From: the human T2T-CHM13v2.0 reference genome, Homo sapiens
Direction: 5' to 3' (one strand)
Assembly (NCBI RefSeq): GCF_009914755.1
Contig: NC_060936.1
Length of the DNA stretch: 64,000 bases
Shown: positions 45,164 to 64,000 of the stretch, one piece after another
Position numbering within the stretch: the stretch's first letter is position 1
Layout of the letters: every line of letters begins with the position of its first letter
The notes under the pieces: generated by a model
The model's input: the letters and a program-made list of their open reading frames with translations, nothing else
The model's database searches: none
What the model was told of the DNA's origin: nothing
Translations under genes and position numbers: made by a program

Positions 45164-47379
45164 AAGTCTAATTCCTTTTAATGGCAGCTCCATCCTACTT
45201 GCTGAGGCCAGAAACTTTGGAACCATTTTTATTTTTTCTTTCACACCCCATAATTAGTCCATCAGGAAATTCTGTTGGTACTACTATCATAATAGATCTA
45301 GAGTCCAATTCACAACTGTTATTACTCCTGCTGCGAGTCACCATCATCAGGCCAAAACGGTGCCTGGCACACAGTAAGTGCCCAGTAAATATTTGTAAAG
45401 TGAATGAATAATCAATAATGTAAGAGAAGCATATCATGGAGGACCTTGGTTATAATGCTAAAGCTTTATGATGGCGCTGGAATGCCAATAAAGAACTTCA
45501 AGCAGAGAGGAGAATGAAATTTACATTTTGGAAAGGTAATAGGTGACAGTGTTGAGAATGAATTTCATCCATTTCCTATAAGTGTCTATACAGAGTGTGG
45601 CACTAGGCCAAGTCCATAAAAAAGCCTTATAAGTCCTTTAAAAAAAAAAAGTCTGTATAAGAAAGTTAAAAAAGCAAATTGCAGCTTATGATTTAATGAG
45701 TACCTTTATGTCAGAATCTTGATATTGGAGGGCATCCCACACAAGGCAGTTAAGTGCTGAGAGATGAATATTAAGCCATCCATGTTGCATACTTTGAAAA
45801 TTCAAAGTTGGGAATATTTTTGGTTACTTGCCTTTAATCTGATGGTATGCTATTAGCAGGGTAAATTTAGTGATAGATTTAATTTCTTGGCTCATAACTA
45901 AACTTTTATTTTGTATCTTTTCCCCTTCCTCTGAAGGTAATTTTGTGTATTTTGAGTTTAAGAATAGTTTCTTAATTGGTTCTTAAACTGTACTCTGTTC
46001 TCTTTATATGGCGATAGAATCTGTTGCATGTCATTTATGTTGCTGTACTCCTGTTGAAATGTTACTTAAATAAATGCCTTTATTCTTGACTAATTTTTAA
46101 TATACTCAGAACACAGAATTATTAGCTGAAGTACTAAAGTTGGCTTCAGTACTGGCTCTTCCTTCTAGCTACTAACATCTATGAGTGTAGTAAAAGGAAA
46201 ATAGCATAACCTTCTGTCATTTCAGGCACTTGTTGAGCAAATATGTTTTAAATAAAGCAATTGTGATGTGTATCAGCAGCAACAAGAAATAATGAAAGAT
46301 AAAGCAAATAGAAAAGCTATTTTAATTTTACAAAAGTAGAAGAAAGAACTAAAAAAGTGTTGCATATATACCTTAATAGGTCTAGAGACATTACTGAATT
46401 GTGACATAGTATTATGTTATAACTAATACTCACTAATTATTAAAATGATAATCTGTTTAAAGAGGATAGCAAAATAAAGATTTATCTCTCTGGGAAAGTT
46501 CAAACACTAGAGGAGCTTCATCGCCATACCATATACTTTCCTCTAACTACTATTTCATCTCTTTCCTTTCTTTTAGTGCCATTCTTCAAGTTATATTAAC
46601 AAAGCTAGGACCATTTCTTCTTCTGTTAGGCCTTCCACTTAATTGGATTTTGATTTCTGCCTTGGTAGCTGCCGCCCTCCTAATTTTTCTCAGTGAAATG
46701 ACATTGATGATCATGTTATTAAATCCGGGGACATCTTTTCTTTGTCTTATCTATTCTTCCATACTTGGATGACCTCTTAATAACAGTTCTTCCCTCTTGA
46801 GACTCCCCTTAGCTGTTGGGTTACTGCATTCTCCATCTTCCCTTCTTTTTTGGCCTTTCTCATTCTATTTCTTGTGGAAAAATAGGGATAGGCCTCCTCC
46901 ACGTGCTTTTTTTTCTTAAACATAAGATTTTTGAAGAGAAAAATCTGTTTTAGAGTGAACTAGATTTTTTTTGCATTAAACACTGACATAGTTTCCTTGC
47001 AGATTTTATTTCAGATTAAAATAAAAATCTGTGGTTGATATTTTCCTCCCCTTGTTCATTGGATCTTTAAGGTAAATAAAATAAACATAAACTGATGCTA
47101 ATGAGGATAATTACATTAGACTAGAATTTGAGACTTCCTTCTATTTTTGCTGTAGGTTAGTATTGATAGAATTGGCATGATTTAGTCAATTTACTGTTAA
47201 TTTGTTGTCACTGTTTATTGTGTTCAGTTAAAATTCTTTATCATCTCAATCCATTTATATTTAGCTGTTACTTATGTACTTGGCTTCTCTTTGTGGAGCT
47301 TCTTAGTTCTATTCACTAGTGTGCAAGTTGCAGATTTTTCTTTTCAGAGTTGAGGAAGACCAAAGATGAAGTAGATTTT

Positions 47380-47960
47380 GGAAGGAGGTGTATAGGAGGA
47401 AGATCATTTTTCAAATGAGTACTGTTGTCCAAGTTAGATGTGTAAGTCTGGATTTCAGATCAGAGACTTGACTTGTATTAGAAAAATATAGTAGGTAGCA
47501 TGTAGCTATTAGGTGACAAGATGAAATCACCTCAGAGTAAGTATACATGGAGAAAAGATCCAAGAATTGTGCTTTTGGCATTTCAGTGTTTAGGGTTGGG
47601 GAGATAAGGAAGAACCAACAAAGGAGCTGAGAAAGAGCAGCCCCTGAGGTAGGAAGAAAATGGAGAGATTTTGGTGTTTCAGAGATTTTGGTGTTTCAGA
47701 AGCCAAGTAAAAACACTGTTTTGAGGAGGGAATAAGGTAACCGTTTACTATATCAAATGCTGCTGTGTGTGCTCATAAGATGGAAGAGAAGTATTTAACA
47801 ATCTGGAGATCATTGGTGACTTTTACCAAGGGGCAGTTTTGGTGAATGGTGGAGTGGAAAACCTGATTTGGGTTTCAGAGAGAATGGGAGGGGAAGAATT
47901 GGAGATAATACAATGGGACTTTCCCCGCTAGGTTTTGCTTTTAAAGAGAGCACAAAAATT
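47380..47960. mobile_element. L2 (LINE2) relic
   Basis: gaaccaacaaaggagctgagaaagagcagcc...gaggtaggaagaaaa...agaagccaag. Confidence 0.65.
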
Positions 47961-48239
47961 CACATAGGAGATATTATTTGCCATTCTGTATTGGTTAAAT
48001 AAAACTAATACAAAATGTCTGGAAAAGTCACATTACCAGTCATGCCTTATTTTTCTGATAGATCTTGTTAGGTTGAGAATCTTTATATGTTTATTGGCCT
48101 TTTATAGTTCCTTATCTGTGAATTGCCTGTTCATCTCCTTTGCCCATTTTTCTAATGGATATTGTCTTTAATTTGTCTGTAGGAATTTCTTGTTTTGTTA
48201 CAAATATTTTCATGGAGCCAGTAATCTAAATCAGTGAAT

Positions 48240-48490
48240 GGGGTAGACTGGCCTGTGAGCCCTGTTTTTGTAAATAAAGTTTTATTTACATAAACATAGC
48301 TATGGTAATTTGTTTACATGTCACATAGCACTTATTGCACTTATTTGTTTACATGTCACATAGCACTTATTGCTGATTCCTGCAACAAGGACAGAATTAA
48401 GAGGTTGTGTCAGACAGAGGTCATGTGGCCCACAAGATTGAAAATATCTATTTTTTGGCCGCTTACAAAAAAGATTTGCCAATCTCTTAT
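48240..48490. mobile_element. MER58-like hAT element with an internal tandem duplication
   Basis: cctgtttttgtaaataaagttttatt...tggcccacaa...aaaagatttgccaa. Confidence 0.7.
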
Positions 48491-48870
48491 CTAAGGCAAT
48501 GGTTTTTGTCCTCCATTTTTCCTTAGAATAAAGTTCTATAAAGTATAATTCTGAAATGGGAAACTAAGTCCCCTAATGTAAATTCTATTTTGTAATCCTT
48601 TAAAAACACAGTTTTCTACCTTTACTTAATGGAACCTTATTAAAGATAGTAGTCATCTGATAGTATTAAACATGTAATTTGTCTCAGCTATTTCTCAAAG
48701 TGTTTGGGATTACCAAAATTATGAGATCTGGTATCTGCCCTTAATGAGCTTACTGTCTAGTCTGCTTGAAAGGAAAGAATATGGAACTATGAAAACTTGC
48801 CAAATTGTGATAAGGCTATAGCCTTATCCTCAAGAAAATCAAAGGAATTATAACAGAAACTTATCTGTAA

Positions 48871-49193
<323 letters not shown>

Positions 49194-50586
49194 GTAAAAA
49201 AGACATTGTTAACCTACTATTTGGATGAGTTTCAGGAGTCCCAGGAACTACCTGAAATTATGTCTAAAGTTGTCTGTGTACCAAGGGCCTTTGATTATTA
49301 CTCTGGGTTGAAGGAGACCCATTCTTAGTTTTTCTTCAGGCTTTGTGGACAAAATAAAATTAAAGAAATATAAGGCCCTACCCGTCTCTGTAGAATTTGT
49401 TAATACCATTTTTTAAATCCCAAGTTCTTTCCGTTACAAAAAACTCTAGCAACTCTATTTTAATTCTGTGAATTCTGAGTGTTTTAAGTGTTGGGGATCC
49501 AGTAATATCTTCTAAGCATATCTGGAAACTGGGAGTTGGGTGATAGGAGGAGGTTTTTGAATAAAATGAAGAAATCTCAAGCTGAGCTTGACATATGGAG
49601 AGGAAACTAACATGCGTATAAAAGAGGCAAACCATAGCAGGCCAATTTACTCTGCTGTGTTCTGGATGCTCTGGCTTGGAGTCACTCTAATTGGAGCCAT
49701 GGCTAATTTTGTGCTTTGTGCGATGTGAGGATTTGCTAAATAAAGACTATGTAAACCTTTCATCTCAAGCATCCCAGTTACTCTGTCTCTCTGGAAACTC
49801 TGGGGACTAGGAAGCTCAGGAGTTACTAACAATGAGTATTAAAATCAGAAAGATATGGAAAAATATAGAAAGAAAAATGTATTTTAATGAGTTTGTGATC
49901 TGTTTACAAGAAAGCAAACAAATTTTTATTTCACTGAAACTGAGGTTGAGAGATGAGGTCTTAAAACACTTAAAATGAGCAAAGGGTAGTAAATGGAGAG
50001 TTAATTTTCAAATAATTTATTTTAAAGTTCAAAAATAGTTTTAGTAATCCTGTGTACTGTGTTAGCTTATTGTTTATCTTACAGTGAAAAAAATACTTCT
50101 AGCGCCTTAATAGGTATTCATCAATGATCCTTGTCCTTGCCTATTTTCACCTAAAATATCTTTTAAATTTTTTTAACCTTGACTTTTGCTATTAGGGCTG
50201 TTGTGATTAAAATCCTGATGATTGGAGAAGAAATGTCTTATCAGAATCTTTATATAGCATAATATACTTTATGATTGTTTATTTAATATTAGTTGCAGAA
50301 CGTGATGAAACATAGCATGCTTTATTGAAGCCACTGAGAAGCAAGTTGCAATGACGTAAGGGGGAAAATAGAAGTCAAACATCTTAATGAATTTTTTTTT
50401 GTAGCTCCCTTATTCCTCATTTAATGAGTAGGTTAGTTGAAGAGACATTGATTGATTGACCAAAAGAACATTTTGGTACCTCTTGGATTTTATTTAATAT
50501 AATTGTATAGACATTTTTAGCAATATCTTTTGGCAGCACTCTTCAGTTGTTACATTTTATATGACTCATGCAAATTAACCCTTCTG

Positions 50587-51189
<603 letters not shown>

Positions 51190-51836
51190 AAATTAACCCT
51201 TCTGAATGTTTTCCTCATCTATATGATGACAAAAAATACAGTTTACAGTGTGAGATTATATTGTGGCCATGTGATAACTATATTAAGCACCTAGCTCAGT
51301 TGTTGGCACTGTTATCAAAGTAGGTATATATTTAAAGTTTTTATTATATTTGGGATAGCCTTTCCATTCCTTATTTATGAACTCTCTATACCATAAGCAT
51401 TAAAGTAACTTAAGGATTCAACCTGTTTTGAATTTTCCAGTAGTTTGGAATTTTTTTGATAATTGTCACAGGCACTATTTTAGTTTTAATTATTGAATGT
51501 AAAGGAATCAAAATGCTCTACAGCAGTTGTTTTCACATTTTATTAATGTTACTGGTGACAGAAAATTATTAAGTAATTTTTTAAAATTACTTAAAATCTA
51601 TATTAAGATTAAATCCTGTGTTGAGTTTGTTCTGAATTGCAGAACAGTTGAATGTGGACGTGGTCATTCATTCGATCAGTTCCTGCTCCCCTTTTCCCCT
51701 CCCCAAATTTTACATTTTGGGACTCTGATTTCATAAAAGGTTGGTTTTGTAACTGGATAGTGACTAAAAATGTAAATTAGTGAGCTGTTATGAATTCTAG
51801 TAGAAGTAAGATTTTCTTTTCTATATTTGTTAACAG

Positions 51837-51923
51837 CAGAAGTAGAAAGTAATGAAAAGGACAACAAACCTGAGGAAGAAGAGCAAGTAATACATGAAGA
51901 TGATGAAAGACCTTCTGAGAAAA
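51837..51923 (+). CDS. ATF7IP: ATF7IP coding exon 3 (AEVESNEKDNKPEEEEQVIHEDDERPSEK)
   Basis: Acceptor taacag|CAG-AAG (NAGNAG), donor AAA|gtatgc; 87 nt, phase 1 to phase 1, open in frame with exon 2. Confidence 0.93.
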
Positions 51924-52284
51924 GTATGCATGTATAAACAAACTTGAACTGGATTGAAAAATAATAATTCACTGTTTCTATATTTACAACCGTGTAATAT
52001 TCTTTTTTGCCCATGAAATAATTGTAAAATTTTGCAATTTCACAACTATACCATTTTGTTGATGGCTAACTGAAGGATTTCTGAAAGTATGTTTCATACA
52101 CTTCAATATTTTATTTTGTTTATTTATACTTTTTATTGTTCCACAGAAAGATTTAGCTTAAAATTTACTAAGTTACTGAGTGTTTTGAGATAAATTGTTT
52201 TAGATTTATGTTTAGAGAATGAAACTACAAGAATTTTGTATGGGCTAACGTAAGTGAATGGAAGGATGTATTTTAGTTCACTTA

Positions 52285-52743
<459 letters not shown>

Positions 52744-53605
52744 CTAGAAGTCAGGAAAGCTGGGTTCAGTAACTTTCCTGTCATGCTGCTATCCATATAT
52801 GACCATGGGTAAGTTAAGATTGTAAGAGAAATTGTAGAATAGAGTGGATTTACAAGTAGGCATATAGATACAGACACATACAGAGGGATAGGCATGGTCA
52901 CATAAGAGCATTTGCGTTTAAAAAGTGTGAAGATATTAGTGTTTTAATTTTTTTAGATATTGAAGAAGCCAGATACAAATTTGCTTATGATCTCATGAAT
53001 ATTAACAGCACGTGAAACAGATTTTCTAAGTGAAGTCTTCTAGTCTATATTCTTTATAAATGTACTTTTAATGACATTAATTTTATTTTTATTTGAAATT
53101 CATTAGGATATGTTAAGAATAACTATTACTGTGCTAGTTTTGTAAGGCTGATGATTAAGAATTTTTTCCTATACTTACGGAGGAAAAAGAATAAATAATT
53201 AAAGCTGTGCATAGTTAAAAATCTGACATGAGAATGAATACTATATTTTGTCAGAGGATTCATGTGCACTGTGACATTTAGTTACAGGAATGAATATGAG
53301 ATGATTTCATCTACCTTCTTCATGACACAATTGTGAGGCAGTTCTTAGTATGAAGATTTCAAGGAAATTCTGTGTTCACAGTGTGCATTGCTTGACCATT
53401 AGGGAGTTCTTATTTAGTATATTGAAAGTCATTTGAAGTTTAAAGCTAAAAGCTATATACCTTCTAAGATCTCCAAAACAGTTTACAAAATAGTTGGTTG
53501 AGAAGGCTATTATGATAGAAATAATATTTTGCTAAGGATGGATAATATGCATTAAGAGCTATAAGAAAAACACCTGAGTGTGATCATTGTGGTTTTCCTT
53601 CTCAG

Positions 53606-53751
53606 ATGAATTTTCTAGACGAAAACGTTCTAAATCAGAAGACATGGACAATGTACAGTCTAAACGTCGTCGATATATGGAAGAAGAATATGAGGCAGAA
53701 TTTCAAGTAAAGATTACAGCCAAAGGAGACATTAACCAGAAACTTCAAAAG
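53606..53751 (+). CDS. ATF7IP: ATF7IP coding exon 4 (NEFSRRKRSKSEDMDNVQSKRRRYMEEEYEAEFQVKITAKGDINQKLQK), includes bipartite NLS-like motif
   Basis: Acceptor ttttccttctcag|AT, donor AAG|gtattg; 146 nt restores phase 0 (cumulative 1791 nt). Confidence 0.95.
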
Positions 53752-53812
53752 GTATTGTGTCAATTATAAGTTATAAACCATATTGAATAAATAGCACCAC
53801 TATCTTCTTCTA

Positions 53813-54218
<406 letters not shown>

Positions 54219-55230
54219 AAGTCTATTACTATCCTTGATAATTTAATTTTAAAATTCTTTCTGACTTCTTTTTGGCTACATCTTTTTTTTTTTAAAAAAA
54301 GGTTATGATTATCAAAACAAGGGAGAGAAGGTAACATTTTTATTTATTTGCTTTGGTAACAAAACTGAATGTTGTTTTTCAGCTTTTCTTTTTCCTTCTC
54401 ACATTGAACTTTATCTTATTGTGAAAAGGAAATGTTAGAGTTTTAAATATTAGCATTTTAATCTTTATAAAGCTGGTTTCATGGTTATAAGTCTACATTC
54501 TAAACTCTTTATTGTGTACTTGAGGGTTAGTATAAAAGTGGTAGAGACAGGGTATTAAAAGGACTAGAGAAAGGAGTATTTAGAATACGGAGTTTGAAAT
54601 TCCCCTTACATCTGTTTGACTAGAGATAGAAATAATGAAAATATTCAGTATTTTATGTTTTTCAACATGTGTTCACAAATGTTTTTACAAAGCTTTTCTT
54701 AGAGAGGAATATTAAACTTCGATGATAACTAGTTTTTCAAGGTCTTATATATTTAAGGATGACATTTTACAATCAATGTTTTAGGACAAAATTCTTTCAT
54801 TAAAATATAGCATACATATTTGCACTTTGTAGAAAAAAGAATAGTGAGGCTGTAGAAACTCTCAGTGTTGTTTTTTTCCCCTAGTTTCTTTTTATTTGAC
54901 ATATGGAGATAATAATGCTTATTCAGTCTTTCTTACAGAGCTGTTAGAATTATGAAGGTAGCTATGTGAAAGAATTTTGAAAACTGAGGTTTCCTGAGAG
55001 TTTACTTCTTTAGAACAGTGTTACTCAAGTATGGTTCATGGGTATGTGCCAATGTCTTTGTTGTGGACCCATAATGAGAATATGGAACTTTTTAAAAGTT
55101 TACTCTCTGGAAATTTTCTATTTTTAGTATGTATTACCCTCTTGAAGTAGATTTTATATATATAAAAGTAGAGGATTTTAGCAGATAGTATTGTGTTACA
55201 GATTCTAGCATGTTTTATTCATTAAGTTAG

Positions 55231-55766
<536 letters not shown>

Positions 55767-55889
55767 GTTTGTACATTGACTTGAATTGTATACTCCATGT
55801 GTCATTGTTTTTATAACTTATTTTCTGAGATATATATTTGAGATTAACTATAAAATACATTTAAATTCTAAATGTAAGAAGGAAAAGGA

Positions 55890-56350
55890 GTTTGTTTAGT
55901 TTGCCAGGGCTGCTGTAAAGAAAGTGCAATAAACTGAGTGGTTTAAACAGTAGAAATATTCTGTCTCACAGTTCTGGAGGCTAGAAGTTGAAGATCAAGG
56001 TGTCAGCAGTGTAGATTCTTTTTGAGGGCTGTGCTGTGAGGAAGAATCTGTTCTATGCCTTTACTGTAGCTTCTGTTGGTTTGCGGACAGTTCTTTGGCA
56101 TTGTAGAAACATCACCCTGATCTCTGGCTTTATCTTTACATGGTGTTGTCCTTGTATGTGTGTCTGTAAATTTCCCCTTTTTACAAGGACACCAGTCATT
56201 GGAGTAGGGGCCCACTATACTCCAACATGACTTCATCTTAACTAATTACCTCTGCAATGACCTTCTTTACAAATAAGGTCACAGTCTGAAATACTGGAAG
56301 TTTAGACTTCAATATGTGAACTTTTAGGGGACACAGTTCAAACCATAACG
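55890..56350 (-). mobile_element. MLT1 (MaLR) LTR
   Basis: agggctgctgtaa...ctcacagttctggaggctagaag...ataaggtcaca...ggggacacagttcaaaccataac. Confidence 0.82.
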
Positions 56351-57047
56351 GAGACTCAGAAATTCCTGGATCTAACTTAGTGCTTCATATTTTTTTTTCC
56401 AGTCACTAAAGGAAGGCTGTCATTTAGCATGCTATAATAAGTACTAAATAATATTTGTTAGGGATTCTTTTTATGTTAATCTACCTCCTTTCGTGGACCT
56501 TATGTTTTAAAGATGTTAGTTTAATAACACGTATTTATTAATTTCTACTTGTCATTTTTTATTAAGTACAACTATATCTTAACATACAATACCAGAGCTT
56601 CTGGTCAGCTGAAATGAGCACACAGTAGTGTGCTGTAGTAATCTACTTTATTCCAAAGCTAAGAAGCTGGTATTTGAATCAGTACATTCATTCTGTCATA
56701 AGTAAGTGTATGGTTCCTATTGGGTTATTTTATATATGAGCATATCCCAAAGATGCTGAGTGGTAAACCATGTATAGGGCCTTATTTTGCAAATGAAGGA
56801 AAAGTGGCCCATGGAAGTCAAATCACTTTTTCCGTTACGAATAAAATTTTAGCTAAATAGGATTAGAATTTAAGTGTGTCTCCCAGACTGACCTATCTAA
56901 TTATTAAACTTCATTTTACTAGTACTGTTCAGACTTTTGAATTAAATTTGAAAATGCCTGAAGATTTGAAAGAATAATTTTATTCATTGTTTCTCATCAC
57001 ACCCACGGGTGCAACTATGAAATTGTGTTTTTAAAACCTAAGTTTTT

Positions 57048-57474
<427 letters not shown>

Positions 57475-58109
57475 TCAGAATTTGAATCTTTCTAACACCA
57501 AGCCAATCATCTTCTCTGCAAATGTTCCTGTTACTGACAATTTCTGAATTCTTGGAAAACTCTTGAAGGAAAATCTTCCCATTGTTCCTCTTATTGGCAG
57601 CTCTTGAATTCTTGGAAACCGATCCCTCTCAATCATTTCATATACACAGTGAGTTGCCAAGTTACAACTTGATTATTTCCTAGAAAAAATAAATCTCAAT
57701 TCTTTTCACTTTTCATTAGGCCATCATTACCCAATTCCTTGATTATAGTAACACCTTTTATATGAGCACTCTGGTACTAGTTTTTAAGTTCTTTCTGGTC
57801 CTTCCAAAGCATTGTACTAATTTTTCTAAAATACTGATTACTTCAGTCTCTTTATAGTCCAAGTTCCTCAATTGTGTACCGGTAAAACCAGTATTCATTT
57901 TTAAAATTTTTAAATTTTAATCTCTTAATTTTCAATCCACTTTTTCTAATATCCACCAGTTGCTTCACTGTCCTACAGGGTACTATTAATGTTTATTGTA
58001 TTTTGATACCAGGCTTTTGACTTCGTATTGTTTCCCCTGTTCACTCACCCATGATCATGTGCCCAATTTAATTCCATCTCTTTGTGTCTTGTTCCAGTAT
58101 TTTGTTTTT

Positions 58110-59780
<1,671 letters not shown>

Positions 59781-60269
59781 ATATCATTATGATTGTGCTC
59801 TAGAGAGGGAAATATGTTTTTTTGGTGTAGATACTACCCATGTGGCAATTGTTGGCAACCGTTCTACCCACATTTTGCTGCCTGTTTTGCAATGTGTACA
59901 TAGTTCAGCCTGATTCTGCCCTTCACTCTGGGTATAGTAACACTTAGCCAATCGAGTCCTGTTACAACAAATATAAAGCATAGTGCAAGATCATGAGAGG
60001 AGTTTGTTGAGATCAATTGTGCTCATTTTGGCTAAATTTATGTGGTGCAGTTGGTTTGGAAATAAAACTTTGAATTCGTTCTTACTGCGTATTTCAGAAC
60101 AATTTCCTGTTAGCTAATATGATATTTTGACTTTTGGCTTAATATGTTTTAGTATAATTATCCAGGGACAATTTGTTCAGTTGAATACATCTGAGACAAA
60201 TTGTTCTATTGGTCTGATAAATCTTTGACCTAGAAATAAAATAAATACAAATAAACTGCACAAGGATTA

Positions 60270-61600
<1,331 letters not shown>

Positions 61601-62484
61601 TTTCTTACAGAAATGGAAAAGCTGTCAACACACTCTGGAATATAACATTCCGTTGGTTATGACTTAGAAAATGCCATTTTAAGTAGATTTAACTAAAAAT
61701 GTCTATTTTACTTTTTCCTTTCAGCCTCGGCTCCTGTTCCCTATCAATGAAGTAAATTTATGACAGCCTAATACAGAGACAGTTTTAAATAATAGAAACT
61801 GTGGGTCTGTTTATTTACTTGCTTTTATGAGCAGTAATATTTGTTATAGGCCAACCTTGATGTTAAGGAAACCTCTTTTTTTTTGTAGACAGAGTTATTT
61901 CCTAAGAGGTTTCCTGGGTACATATGCAGTGAAATTCTTGGTTTGTCTAGTTTCCCAAATAAAACCCAATGTAATAGAATATCACTTTTCTGGAGTTACA
62001 AAAATGACTTGTTTATTCATTTTTTTAAAATGTCTCAGAATATCTACCAAAATAGCCATTCTTAGACACAGTATGGCAGATATTTTGAATTATAATTAAA
62101 AAAGAATTGTACAGCTTCCTATGTAAAAACAAAAAGGCTGCTCTTTGATTTCTCTGTTTTATAATATTAAATATCAGAAAACTATAAATCAGTGTCCACA
62201 TTTTGAGTTTGTTTTTCTGCTACTGGATTCATTTTTAAAATGATAATTCTTTTAAAAAAGAGTTTGAATACCACAAATGTATGTGATGTGAAAATGAGGT
62301 CCTTAGTTCATTTTCTTTCCCACTTTCTGCCAATCATAGCTTCCAGCGGTGACTACTTTTAACCTTGGAATGTATAGATCTTTTTCTATACATGTGACAT
62401 ATACAAGATGATTTTGGGGGGGCTTAAGTAAAAATAGAATAATAATATTATGCATACTATGCAATTTTTAGTGTAACCACCTAG

Positions 62485-62982
62485 TTTTTTTTTTTTTTTT
62501 TTTGAGACAGAGTCTTGCTCTGTCATCCAGGCTGGAGTGCAGTGGTGCGATCTCGGCTCACTGCAGCCTCTGCCTCCTGATTCAAGCAATTCTCCTGCCT
62601 CAGCCTCCCGAAGAGCTGGGACTACAGGCGCGCGCCACCACGCCTGGCTAATTTTTGTATTTTTAGTAGAGATGGGGTTTCACCATGTTGACCAGGCTGG
62701 TCTTGAACTCCAGACCTTGTGATCCACCTGTCTCAGCCTCCCAAAGTATTGGGATTACAGGTGTGAGCCACTGCGCCTGGCCCACCTATATGATTTGACT
62801 AAAGAAAAAATGACATTCTCGCATGAGCTGGGGTACAGAAAATACCTTCCCTTTCCCATATACCTTTCTTTTCTTTTTCTTTCTTTCTTTTTTTTTTGAG
62901 AGAGAGTCTCGCTTTGTCACCCATCCGCCCACCTTGGCCTTCCAGAGTGTTGGGATTACAGGCATGAGCCACTGCACCTGGC
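62485..62982 (-). mobile_element. AluS (62485-62782) and an internally deleted Alu (62864-62982)
   Basis: TSDs ccaccta and tttcccat.taccttt respectively. Confidence 0.88.
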
Positions 62983-63627
62983 TTTCCCATTTACCTTTTT
63001 AGAAAGTTATTTGAGATATTTTAGTCATCAGAAAGGTAAATCCATGTTAAGGATATGAAATTATGCTTTATGATCTTGAGCCTTAATAACATGCATAAAT
63101 AACTAAGTCCTTAGGGAAAATCTTTACCTTTGAGAGTCATAGGTAACTGATTGCCTAGGCCATAATATTGGACTTAAGCACATTTTAAGATTTGGGTTCT
63201 CCTCTAGAAGTGACTGCTTTCTGCAAGAAACTTTAAAAGTAAATCATAACATTTTCTCATTTTTATGAAATGTATGCCCTTATTGGATAAAATAAATTCT
63301 CTGGCAGAGCTCTTCCTTAGGTAGGGCCTCATGAATACACTCAGAAGTTTAATTTTCTTGAAAATATGTTTAATTTAAAATGGCTTCAGCAGCAACAGCA
63401 ACAGAAACAGTTGAATATTACGTCTATGCTTAGTAAAAGACTGAAAGGAGATACTACCAAATATTCATGTGGTGAAATGATAATTTTTATTTTTCTTTTT
63501 GTTCTGCTTTTTTTTCCCTCAGATTTCCTTTCAATATGTATTTGGGCAAAATATGTGATCAGGGAGTTTGTATAAGTACAACAAATGATTAATAATCTCA
63601 CTGACCATGTTGACACAAACAAGGTAA

Positions 63628-63940
<313 letters not shown>

Positions 63941-64000
63941 CAAGGTAATGTTTTTATCAGATTGTTAAAGACTAACAGAATATGTAATTTAATTTGTGAA

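Overview
Human genomic DNA: AT-rich, Alu/L1-dense, with a human-specific AluYa5. It lies on the + strand of ATF7IP (MCAF1/hAM, SETDB1 cofactor). The window starts inside the long 5' intron; no CpG-island first exon is present. It contains an alternative upstream exon (donor 2913|2914, in-frame N-extension MHQDQRFR), the large first coding exon (41412-42976) and three further coding exons (51837-51923, 53606-53751, 55629-55766). It ends in the next intron. Most other ORFs in the track are Alu/L1/LTR shadows. Main finding: the 5' intron holds a family of paralogous, non-transposon promoter/first-exon cassettes (~25.9, 34.3 and 36.1 kb, plus a decayed copy at 35.4 kb). They share X-box / CTGATTGG / CCAAT / TTCAGTT elements, with fixed spacing in pairs of copies. 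The three intact copies end in ATGGCTGYAGnnnGCTCCCTnnnGG|GTATG, exactly 25 nt from ATG to splice donor. Spliced to exon 2 they give a 14-codon uORF overlapping the main start. Spliced to exon 3 they are in frame and would give a short ATF7IP lacking the 519-aa N-terminal exon. Repeat subfamily calls are from recognition, not RepeatMasker, and their boundaries are approximate.
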